From: Ginkgo biloba
Lineage: Eukaryota > Plantae > Ginkgophyta
Direction of reading: 5' to 3'
Length of the DNA stretch: 22,318 bases
NCBI GenBank assembly: GCA_024626585.2
Contig: JANKJI020000002.1
Location: 193,390,194-193,412,511, forward strand
The stretch's first letter is position 1, and each line of letters opens with the position of its first letter. The notes under the pieces were generated by a model, which was given only the letters and a program-made list of their open reading frames with translations, was not told where the DNA came from and ran no database searches. A program made the position numbers and the translations under genes. Shown here piece after piece: positions 1 through 10,432 of the stretch.

Positions 1-567
1 CATTGACTTTATAATATAATTTTATTTTCCTTTCCGTATGTTATGTCTTTCTTCTCGATTCACATGTTTAATCCGAGATTATTATAACATTTTTAACTAC
101 TATGGATCTAGTTTATATTACTTTTTATTTTCCATAATTCATTCAACATAGAGTTTATTTACCCAAGACTCGATAGTTATTCAAGGTTGGAAAAAGGAAA
201 AGAGAAATTTTTGAAAGGAAACAAAGCTTATTATGAGACCATCTAGTTAAAATATTCAACCTAGCAAAGGATTGCACTTTGAATAGAGATGGAAATATAA
301 AGAGATATTAGACAAATACACATATGAAAGAGGGATGATGAAGAAAAATAGGATTAGAAACAAGTATAGATGATGAGTTGAAGAATAGTTAGTAATGAAG
401 ATGAATAGGATAGTGAATCATTGATAAAATTTGGAGGAGATGACAATGAGTAGATGATGGAAGAATGGGACCAAAAATAGCTCTAATGCTACTTGACACA
501 AACCAAGTAGGATAATTATCCAATTAAAGATGGTATATCTCTATATTATTCAATTTGAGATGATAGT
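1..567. repeat. Diverged direct repeat, copy A (homologous to 1511-2150)
   Basis: Collinear matches by eye, e.g. acatgtttaat...attataacattt (62 vs 1632), gttattcaaggtt (176 vs 1746), aaatacacatatgaa.gaggg.tgatgaagaaaaatagga (314 vs 1898), tttgagatgatagt (555 vs 2138). Copy A lacks about 58 nt present at about 1575-1631. Confidence 0.9.
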
Positions 568-1182
568 ATCCAATCATTCTAGTCCAAGGATTGAGTACAC
601 AAATAGAATAATTGATTAATGCTTCATGATTGATGTTATATAATGTTAGATATTTATATGATATTATAAGGTTATGNNNNNNNNNNNNNNNNNNNNNNNN
701 NNNNNNNNNNNNNNNNNNNNNNNNNNATAAGGAATTACTAATACTAACCTACTTTGATAATAATGTGATAGTGGTAAGAATATAAATGATTTGGCCTATA
801 ACTTATGAATTTCCAATATGTATTACCTGCATGAGACATGAAATCTTCCTAATCAATTTTATTGCATACCCTCTCCCCCTAAAATTATTAACCTTAAAAG
901 TATTACTAAATTTCATAATCCATTATGCATTCAACAAGTTATTGAAAGTTTTACGAGTGTTCAAGTCGAATATTATTTCTATGATTTGACATTATCTATG
1001 TCTAAANNNNNNNNNNNNNNNNNNNNNNNNNNNNNNNNNNNNNNNNNAGGATATTGAATATGTATCTTAATTTTTTAGTTATTATAGATTCATGGTACAT
1101 TATAGGTAATTTTTATTTTATATGAAAATTTATATCTACATTATATACACCTTACTTGTAGTCACTAAATTATAGATGTTGA

Positions 1183-1287
1183 TGGTACTATCCTTTATTA
1201 TAGGAAAAATATTCTTAAAAGTTGACATTGCACTAGTGATTTCTCATTCCAAGGATTGATATTAACATTATTTTTTCAAAGAAGTAA
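1183..1287. repeat. Short diverged direct repeat, copy A (homologous to 4115-4220)
   Basis: tggtactatcctttattataggaaaaatattcttaaaagttgacattgcactagtgattt vs tggtagtatcctttattataggaaaaatcttattgaaagttgacattgagctagtgattt. Confidence 0.9.
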
Positions 1288-1510
1288 NNNNNNNNNNNNN
1301 NNNNNNNNNNNNNNNNNNNNNNNNNNNNNNNNNNNNNNNNNNNNNNNNNNNNNNNNNNNNNNNNNNNNNNNNNNNNNNNNNNNNNNNATGTAAGAGTAAC
1401 ACGTTTTAGCCTGACTTTAGGCATTCTTATAAAAAGTCTTTTAAACTTTAATAAAAGGGCATTTATATTAAAATTTGAATATTCCTAAGAATACTTATTT
1501 TAATTCTTTT

Positions 1511-2150
1511 CATTAAATTTATAACATTCATTTTTTCCTCCTTTTTCTATGTATTTTGTTGATCTTCTTGATTCCTATTGCACATTGATCAACACTTTCT
1601 TAAGGCAATCCTTTTTAATGTGATTTTGAATACATGTTTAATTTAATCTTATTATAACATTTATAACTATTATCGATCTCATTTATATTAATTTTAATTT
1701 TCAATAATTCACTCAACACAAAGTTTCTTTACTTAGCACTCAAGGGTTATTCAAGGTTTGTAAAAGGTGAAGAGGGATTGTCCAAAGGCAGCTAAGCATA
1801 GTATGAGATGGACTAGTCAAACAATTATATATTATAATACTTATTATAAAATATTTCTCCAATTGAGTAGAGATGGAAATATCAAGTGAGCGAATAAAAA
1901 TACACATATGAAGGAGGGGTGATGAAGAAAAATAGGAATAATAATGAGTATAAATGTTGGATGGAAGAATGGTTAGCGCTAAATATGAATGAGATGGCGA
2001 ATCATTGGTAGAATTTTGAAGAGATGACAATGATTAGATGATGAAAGAATGCGACAAAAAATAACTCCAATACTAATTAACAAAAACCAAGGAGGATCAT
2101 TAACCAATTCAAGATAGGCGATCTCTATACTAAGGTATTTGAGATGATAG
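1511..2150. repeat. Diverged direct repeat, copy B (homologous to 1-567)
   Basis: Same alignment as copy A. Homology stops at about 2150, just before the LINE relic. Confidence 0.9.
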
Positions 2151-2159
2151 TCTCTTTAT

Positions 2160-3560
2160 CTATCCACTTGGTATGGTAGGATTTTCCAAAGTGTTACAAA
2201 AGAATTTTTATCAATTCCAAGGGGGAAATATTTTTCTATTATTGATAAGGCTCTTCATGATGATTATGTAAGGCTACCTATATTTCTTTATCTATATGAA
2301 TTTTAACAATTTTTAAGAAAAGTCAACACCATGATAATGCAAAGGTATTAGGTCAATATCATATTGGTGTACACTTATAAGGTGCACAAAAATACTATAG
2401 CATATTTCTANNNNNNNNNNNNNNNNNNNNNNNNNNNNNNNNNNNNNNNNNNNNNNNNNNNNNNNNNNNNNNNNNNNNNNNNNNNNNNNNNNNNNNNNNN
2501 NNNNNNNNNNCTATTGATATTAGTCCCATAAAACTATATTTCTTTATAATTATTGGAAATAAAACTATATGTCATTCCATTTACTTATTGGTACATAAGT
2601 ATATTATAGTATTAAATTTTAAAGTTGATTTAGAGGTATATAATATTTAGGTAATGAATATTCTTAGTTTTACTCTAGCTTTTACATTGAAGAAAAAAAT
2701 TTTACTCTTGTCTTCGTTAATGAGACTCATATACGCTATAATAACATATTGAAGAATCTAGAGTATAAGTTCTTTGATGATTATAATTTATCCTATCGTA
2801 AAAGGATTATGTCATCTAAAAATAGTGAGTATGTAATTTCTTTAATACTAAAAAATATTTTAACACCCTTTAAATTATTTGAATGAATCTCTACTTTGAT
2901 TGCTTGACTTAGAGATTCAGTGACTATAGAGAAAAGAAAATATGATAGATTACATCCCCACCTAATGCCTTTTGTGGATTGGAAAAAATTAATGAGGCCT
3001 ATATTTATTAGAATAGGAACTTGGGCTTACCAATGCAAGCTTTCACCCATGCCACTATCTGAGGATTAAAGTCAATTCTTTTAAGGATTTTTAAGATGAA
3101 TGTTTTATTCAATTGATCAAAAGCATTAGCTAAATAAATCAACATCATTAATTTAAAATGATTGAAGAGCCTCATAGGTGAGAATAATATTATCAAAGAT
3201 TTTCCTTTCTTGAATGAAGTTGCCTTGGGTAGGAGAAGTGATGAGGGGAAGAATGGTCTTGAGGCAATTAACAATGATTATAAAGGGATATTGGCCTGAA
3301 GTAGTCAGATCTTGTAAGGTCATGATTCTTGGGAAAAGGATACATTTATGTCATTGGAAAGGTCTTTCGAAGATATTTTTGGTAATATAAAATTTTGGCT
3401 TAATTATTTTTATCTAAGATATCTATTTTAGGTCCCTAGTAGTGTTATTCATCCTTGTATATGCAAGAGAGGTTATTGATCCTCACAATATATCTTTCAA
3501 ATCCTTAATAAAGTAAATTCTTGCTCTTTTTGGGTGCTTTGTCATAATATTTTTACTATT
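2160..3560 (-). mobile_element. L1-type LINE ORF2 relic (reverse transcriptase region), frameshifted
   Basis: Minus-strand translation gives, in the expected order: PKNHDLTRSDYFRPISLYN (canonical PK..DFRPISLCN); LANAFDQLNKTFILKILKRIDFNPQIVAWVKACI (KAFDRV.W.F); FFQSTKGIRWGCNLSYFLF (GLRQGCPLSPFLF); ITYSLFLDDIILL (SHSLFADD); INEDKSKIFFFN. The extension to 2160 beyond the N-gap is weaker. Confidence 0.9.
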
Positions 3561-4114
3561 TCAAAATGTTTGTTAGAGGATCGTCCATAAACATATGACT
3601 ATATTGATGTAACTTCTCTCTAAAATTGCTTCTACTAACTATTTATATTAAAGGGAGTTATATAATTTAATATACTCTTAATGAAAGTAATTATATTCTT
3701 CTAAATTTATCATTAATTAAAATAAATAAATAATAAAAAAGAGAACATTAAAAATAGATTTTAGTTATTCTTATCAAATTCATTAAATGTAATTTATGCT
3801 TAATAATGAGTGCTTATAATAACTCTTCACCCCTTATTTGCAAAATTATGAGGGGATTAAGTTGAAATGATTAGTTGTTCTAGTTTGCATGGTTAGTTAT
3901 GTGGGAAAAAATAATAATTCTAGGTAGATTTTATAAATTTCATGAGTTTCTTCAAACCAAGATTATTAAGAGGAGGTTGAACGATGTTTGAAAATAAGTT
4001 TTATGCATTAAGTTNNNNNNNNNNNNNNNNNNNNNNNNNNNNNNNNNNNNNNNNNNNNNNNNNNNNNNNNNNNNNNNNNNNNNNNNNNNNNNNNNNNNNN
4101 NNNNNNNNNNNNNN

Positions 4115-4220
4115 TGGTAGTATCCTTTATTATAGGAAAAATCTTATTGAAAGTTGACATTGAGCTAGTGATTTTTTATTCTAAAGATTTATACTAAGAT
4201 CATTTTTTAAAGAAGAATAA
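4115..4220. repeat. Short diverged direct repeat, copy B (homologous to 1183-1287)
   Basis: Direct alignment to 1183-1287. The left side is bounded by an N-gap. Confidence 0.9.
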
Positions 4221-7200
4221 TTTATGTAGTTATTTATAAAAAAATATATGTAAATCCCTATCATGATTTAAAAATAAGGTTGATAAAAGATGGGGGTGGG
4301 GGGATAGTGGGGAAGCATGAAANNNNNNNNNNNNNNNNNNNNNNNNNNNNNNNNNNNNNNNNNNNNNNNNNNNNNNNNNNNNNNNNNNNNNNNNNNNNNN
4401 NNNNNNNNNNNNNNNNNNNNGTTACAAAAATTCATTTTTGAACTGAATTTTGATGATTCTAAACTTGTTGAACAAAGTTCACTACTCTAATTTAGGGTCC
4501 ATACATTACATTGGCACTTAAGAATCTAATATCTATTTAAGAGATAGGTTATGACTTGAGAAATGAATTTAATCTATAACTTAAGGTTGGCCATTAATAA
4601 TGTTCATCTCTATATTCAATTCCACCTAGTTTGGAATACACTAAATAACATTATGACATACAAGTTGGTGTTTTATCTACTAGTGACTACACTTATTATT
4701 CAGTAGATGTAGTACATGATCTAATAGAAAATTATTGTAATAGGCAACTATATAATAGTAAATTATAAAATCTTGAATATAATTTGCCTAATCAAACCAT
4801 CTGTGACTATGTAAGTTCTAAAATAATTAATAGATTTGTATCTTGAAAATACATTATTACATACGTATAATGACTTTTAATGTTGTTAAAATATAAATAC
4901 CTAAAGGAAGTAATTGAATTCCTCATAATAAAATCATCAAAAGAGGAAAAATTCAATGATTTATTAATGGAAATAATTAATGATTCTTTTTCATCTTTTA
5001 GAAAGTAATGCATTGTTGATAAAATAGCTACTCATTGAGTCTTAACAATAGTTCTTGTGAATCTAAATATGTTTGAAAGGAAGGTAATTGGCATAGTTTC
5101 TAAAATATTAAAATCTCTAAGAAAAGAATGCTAAGATACCAAACTTTTAGGTCTAGCTCAGATGAGAATGATCTTTATGAATGTTGGATAATTATTTGTA
5201 GACATTATTGTAGTGGCATGATCTCAGAGAATTTGAGGAATACATTTATNNNNNNNNNNNNNNNNNNNNNNNNNNNNNNNNNNNNNNNNNNNNNNNNNNN
5301 NNNNNNNNNNNNNNNNNNNNNNNNNNNNNNNNNNNNNNNNNNNNNNNNNAATGATCCCATTATGTAATTACCACCACCTTAACATGTGTTATTTATCACA
5401 TGTAGTATTATGTTGCACTTTATTATTACAATGTTGTCACATATTCATTATAACCAACATAAGTTTCTTTATGCACTTATCATATTACATTAACATGACA
5501 TTCATAGTCATATTTTTCCATGTTTAGATTCATGTCACATTAATATACATATTCATATCAATATTCACATCTATTTTCACATTAAAATCCATGTATACAT
5601 GCATATTCAAATTACATAAACACATTCACCTTCATGTTCATATCACATCAATATGATTACCTTCATATAGGTAGATCATGATACTAAATTCCAAGTTTAC
5701 ACTTGACTATTTAACATATACAAAGGATCTAGATCACCCTACCCTATTAAATATTATCATGATTGATGTTTTGAATGATTTTTTATTCAAAATCAATGTA
5801 TAAACATTCAAATAAAAAGGTATATTTTATATGCACACACAGAGACATATTCATCCTATTTCTTAGATTTTGTGTACCAAATAAAATGACCAATTTTGAC
5901 CGAAAGGTTAACACAAAAATTACATTAGGCATATGAGATAAACTCCCTGTGTTATTATGAGGGCCATCTCCTTGAAATATTTATAAATTTACAAAAGAAA
6001 AATAATGAACAATATAATTTATAAAATTATTTACACTATACACAAGGGTTGTTTTGATTCAAAATAAAAATGAAAAAATGTGGAATAAGAAAACTATCAT
6101 TTTTTTATAATAGAGAAATATTACAAGTTATGGTGAGAAAGAAGAACACAGTAAAGAAAGATTATTTCAAAGCACCATATTAAGGATACCTCTCAGTTAC
6201 ATAAATAAGGTCCTTTAGGTCTTTAAATTTTGAGTTGATATTATCCCTAGCTTGAAGAGACAACAACACTTGAAAAAAATAAAAGAAAATAATGTACTTG
6301 AAGGTATGAAATAGTCACCATGGATCGTACTCTAGTAGCACTCGAAGTGGATCCTTATAAGATTATTTTTCCAATATTAAACATATATGGCCTTTCAAAT
6401 CAATTCCTCATAAATAATCATAAAACATAGAGAATAATAAAGAAAAATATATGAATTCATGTCATACTCACAAGAATATAAAATTAATTCAAGTCACACA
6501 AATTAAAATCAATTTCATTAAATATAAACATGTAAGAATTTCATAACTAATCAACATCATCACTTGATAATTAAAATGAAATGTTCACCTCATCCAAAAT
6601 CCCACACATTAGTAAAGCAACAATGTTCAATATATTAAGGAACAATAATTTCATCAAGATGAAAGTTACACATATCAATTTTATTAACAATGGGATCCAA
6701 ATTACATATATCAAAACCTTAACATTTGCTAAATCTTGGACACAACCTTAATAACAAAGAACTCAACTTGAGAACAAAAATAAAAATTAATTTTTAGCCA
6801 TAAATGCATACACAAGTAGTTTGGACAATTTCTTTGGATTGAAAATCTATAAGGGATAGGGAATTCATGTCACAATCATAAAGACATAAAAAAAGGAAGA
6901 GAAAATAGAAGAAAAAAAGAGAAATTTTCTCATCGGGTCTTCTTACGCTGGAACCCCCCTTCAAATTTATCTTCTTTTTATTCTTTTATCCTAAGGTTCA
7001 AACTATTATTATCGTTGAAGCAATTAGAATAGTTAAAAACATCACATGAAGTTATCTTACTAACTTCCTTCAACTTTTGTTGTAACCACTTCTATGTTCT
7101 TGGATGACAATTCTTGGAGTCCCTTTAAAATTTTCTATATGTCCTTCTTCCTAGCCATAACTAAACATCTATTCTTGCAATAAATATTTGTCAATTCCTT

Positions 7201-7691
7201 CTTGGCTTGAAATAATTCCTCCTTTTTATTTCTCAAAACATAATTCATTTCTCTGTTATCATAAAATCTATTGTACAAATATCCACTCAACTAGCTAAAC
7301 CCTGTAGCTTTCTTGTTCTACAACACATTGATAATTCCTATCTTATCTAANNNNNNNNNNTTATGATTTTAGAAACTATATATAATCCTCTTTTGGAGTC
7401 AACTAATTTTATTTCCATGGAGACAAGACTTGACTTTCTAAGGATGTCATTTCAAATAGAGATTTAATTTAAAACATCTTACCCCTTATACATAACAGAC
7501 AATAAGAGGTTTCCTTTATTACCTCCTTTTTTATCTAAAAAGAGGTTTCAAATTCTTCCACCTCTTCTAAATTTAGGTAAGGTTATTCATCNNNNNNNNN
7601 NNNNNNNNNNNNNNNNNNNNNNNNNNNNNNNNNNNNNNNNNNNNNNNNNNNNNNNNNNNNNNNNNNNNNNNNNNNNNNNNNNNNNNNNNNN

Positions 7692-7779
7692 GTATTCTAG
7701 TATTACTCTACATTCTATATCATTTGGAGTAATATTTATAGTTATATATCAACTTTTAACATAATAAGTGGTATCAAAG
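7692..7779 (+). mobile_element. Probable LTR 3' end followed by a tRNA-Met(i)-type primer-binding site
   Basis: tggtatcaaag at 7769-7779 is one mismatch from the canonical TGGTATCAGAG PBS. It is preceded by taataag, compatible with a decayed ...taaCAag LTR end. Confidence 0.5.
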
Positions 7780-8004
7780 ATAATTTCATGCTCCACAGGA
7801 AGTGTGAGTTATGTCTATTCAATTTGGAACTTTTTAAGATATAATTTTGAAGAAAACTATTCATATTTAGATATAGTATATTAACCTATACAATCTTTAA
7901 AAAATAAGTTTCTAATTTAGAGTTTGAAATCTCCCCCCCANNNNNNNNNNNNNNNNNNNNNNNNNNNNNNNNNNNNNNNNNNNNNNNNNNNNNNNNNNNN
8001 NNNN

Positions 8005-8250
8005 CATAAGAATAAAAAATATATTTTACCCAAGGAAACCCTTTTGGGATAAAATCCAACAAAATAACACTTTATTAGATGTTAAAATAAGTACTCCAAA
8101 GACCCCTCAGTTCATCAACTCATCATCATCTCTTTCGCCTCTATGATATACACATATTTATAAACCTACCAATACAAGAAAATACCAAGTGATAATATAT
8201 AAGCATGGGTATAAAACCATGGACTCCTATAACAGACCCAAAATATTTCC
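8005..8250 (-). mobile_element. LTR fragment (reverse orientation)
   Basis: The minus strand shows a TATA-like tttataaatatg (about 8153-8164), followed downstream by ggattttatcccaaaagggtttcc (8034-8057). This resembles the GGTTTTTC.CC..AAGGGTTTCC stem motif common near the 3' end of plant LTRs. Confidence 0.5.
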
Positions 8251-8260
8251 TCGAGGGTGA

Positions 8261-8445
8261 TATTAAAAATTACGAAGGCCAAGAATCACAAACATATGGA
8301 GAAATAAAACTTTATTATTTATGGTGGTGTTGGTTTATGATTTTGTAAGTTGATACCACCATGTTAATAAAATGTTTATTTCTCCATATGTTTGTGAATT
8401 TTTTCTAGTGTTATGTTGTGATTCTTCGCCTTCTAAATTTTAATA
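8261..8445. repeat. 185-bp imperfect palindrome (fold-back) occupying the 5' LTR position
   Basis: Left arm 8261-8339, loop about 8340-8343, right arm 8344-8445. Perfect 23-bp core (8286-8308 with 8375-8397). The outer stem 8261-8290 pairs with 8417-8445 (2 mismatches, 1 indel). The right arm has 24 extra nt bounded by tgtga microhomology. Confidence 0.95.
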
Positions 8446-8458
8446 TAGCATCAGAGCC
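8446..8458 (+). promoter_or_regulatory. Primer-binding site, tRNA-Met(i) type (decayed)
   Basis: tagcatcagagcc vs canonical TGGTATCAGAGCC (2 transitions), directly after the LTR end. Confidence 0.8.
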
Positions 8459-10035
8459 TAAAGACCTATGATTCTAGCTCAATTTATGGTCAGTTCTTGT
8501 GTTTGGATCTATGATTTTGGGTTTTCATTGTCTTGAACCTGTAAGATGCATGTTTTAGGGATATTTTTAATGTTAAAGGTTTAAAGTCTAAATGCCTCAA
8601 ATTTTTGGAGATCATTTTTCTCTAGTGGTAGTTGGCTTATTATGTAAAGACCCAATTTTATTCCTAGTAGGAGTTATGAGCGTTTTTTTATGACTTAACA
8701 ATTATTTTATGCTTATAACTTATATTTTAGAGGTTGTGCAATTTAGAGTTTAAAGGTTATCTCTGTGGTTAAAAATCCTTATGANNNNNNNNNNTTAAAT
8801 GTTTAATTATAACTGCATTTATAACCCAAAAAGATAAAAGTTATAATTGAGGAATCTATGGGTTTGTAACTTTTTATGACTAAGAAGAAGAACTTGAAGA
8901 TTTATAGTGTAAATTTATTGCAAAAGGTCAAGTTTGCATAGGGTAACTTTATTTTTATGATAAAAGATGCACTATTAAAAGGATTATGGCCAGATTTATA
9001 GAGACTATTATTTTTTCAAACCCTAGGAATTATTGTAGACTATGCATAGTGAAGAAAGAAGAAAAATGATAAGGGTTTGGGCTACCATGTGTGATAGTTT
9101 AGATATGAAATTATTGTTAGAATGTGGATCAATCTCAAAATAGGTGGGTGACTTAAATAAGAGTTGTAATAAGGGGATATCTAGTTTGAACAATAAAATT
9201 ATGGTTTTTTGAAAGTGCCCCAAGCTCAGGTGACCATAGGATTGTTCATGGCAACTCATAGGAAATATTTTGAGAATAGTTATGAGTGATAAATATCAAA
9301 GTAGTCATGGTTAGTGATGGCCTATTGATGGAGTAGAAATCCTAATCCCAATCGTCAATGGATAGACATGATAAAATATTTATAGAAAATCAAAAAAGGG
9401 TGCAAGAGACTCCATAGAGAAATAAATATGAAAGGCAACCCTAGTAGAAGAATGAAATTAACCATAGAAACCCTATGTTTTACCATGAATGGTGATAAGA
9501 AATTACACACACCATAGAGAAGTTGGAGAAGATATTAAGTAACAGATGAGAGAGCTATCATCGATTCAGGGAAGTGATGAAGGTTTGATTAAGGAGAAAC
9601 CTAGCCATGGGGATTAGAGATTTCATTATGAAAATTCAAAGAGAGGCATGGAGAAGCTAGCAAATACAAAATTAATAGGATTGAGATGCGATAAATTTGA
9701 ATAAAAAAAAAATGATCAATGATGGAGAATTTGAATGGGAAACAACACAATGCAGAGTGTTTCTTGAAAAATATTAAGTTTTCAAAGTTTAATTTTTAAT
9801 TAAACTAAATTTAAATTCGTTTTGAAATCTGTTATTTGAGCCCTTGGTGATTATAGCTTCCCATCACATGGCGTTAAGTGCAAAATGGTTTAAACGATGT
9901 AATATGCCTTCTATTTAGGTTAAACTATTGGTCACATAGATGTATATGAAAATTATGTTATAATCAGTTGAGGGTATGATAGGTGGTTATAGTTGTATGA
10001 CCCATATTTGTTAATGTACTAAATAATATTAGTTT

Positions 10036-10045
10036 AAGGGGGGAA
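10036..10045 (+). promoter_or_regulatory. Polypurine tract
   Basis: aaggggggaa immediately followed by tgtt, the canonical LTR start. Confidence 0.8.
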
Positions 10046-10332
10046 TGTTAATGAATTATTCAACATTAAATTAATATTCTTTTAAAGGGTCATCGGGATT
10101 ATAAAGGTTAGGAGAAATCTCAAGGGTTCATTGGAATGTGAAGTGTCCAAAACTGAAGAGTCATAGTGTAATGTGTTTATTGGAGATGGTTTATTATTTT
10201 GGGTATCTATTCTCAGTCTGAGTAGATCCCTGGGTGCCAGCTTGTGGTTTACTAAGATGGTACCACTATAGTTAATTAATGTTTATTTCTCCAATGATAT
10301 GTTATGATTGGTCTGGGTTTATTTGTGTATTC
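10046..10332 (+). repeat. 3' LTR (3' end hidden by N-gap)
   Basis: Starts with TG after the PPT. TATAAA at 10100-10105. Small internal hairpin ggtgccagcttg...taagatggtacc at 10233-10264. Homologous to 8326-8385. Confidence 0.75.
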
Positions 10333-10432
10333 NNNNNNNNNNNNNNNNNNNNNNNNNNNNNNNNNNNNNNNNNNNNNNNNNNNNNNNNNNNNNNNNNNNN
10401 NNNNNNNNNNNNNNNNNNNNNNNNNNNNNNNN

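Larger units (their letters stand above)
8261..10332 (+). mobile_element. Small non-autonomous (or internally deleted) LTR retrotransposon: rearranged 5' LTR - PBS - about 1.6 kb internal region - PPT - 3' LTR
   Basis: LTR end ...ttttaata (decayed AACA) at 8445; PBS tagcatcagagcc at 8446-8458; PPT aaggggggaa at 10036-10045 followed directly by TGTT at 10046. 10233-10293 aligns with 8326-8385 (taagatggtaccactatagttaattaatgtttatttctcca vs taagttgataccaccatgttaataaaatgtttatttctcca). The 3' LTR runs into an N-gap, so the target-site duplication cannot be checked. No gag/pol motif recognised inside. Confidence 0.8.

Noticed and set aside
280-560. RTE-like LINE C-terminal or integrase-like peptide in the duplicated segment (VDDGRMGPKIAL in copy A; QFKIGDL in copy B)
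   Set aside because: The two hints are in different frames and point to different families, and there are many stops. Not supportable without a search.
4292-4312. G-rich tract gggggtggggggatagtgggg as a G-quadruplex or PPT
   Set aside because: Only three usable runs of 3 or more G, no following LTR start, and adjacent to a gap.
4434-4463. ELNFDDSK resembling the KLNFDGAS start of a LINE RNase H
   Set aside because: No downstream GG.IRD, AE or EGDS motifs recognised.
8251-8260. tcgagggtga as a PPT before the palindrome (tandem PPT-LTR-PBS arrangement)
   Set aside because: Short and interrupted. The upstream sequence looks like an opposite-strand LTR fragment and does not match the region before the PPT at 10036. 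It cannot be fully excluded.
9200-9246. MVF*KCPKLR*P*DC as a gag CCHC zinc knuckle
   Set aside because: Only two of four ligands are present and the spacing is off by one.
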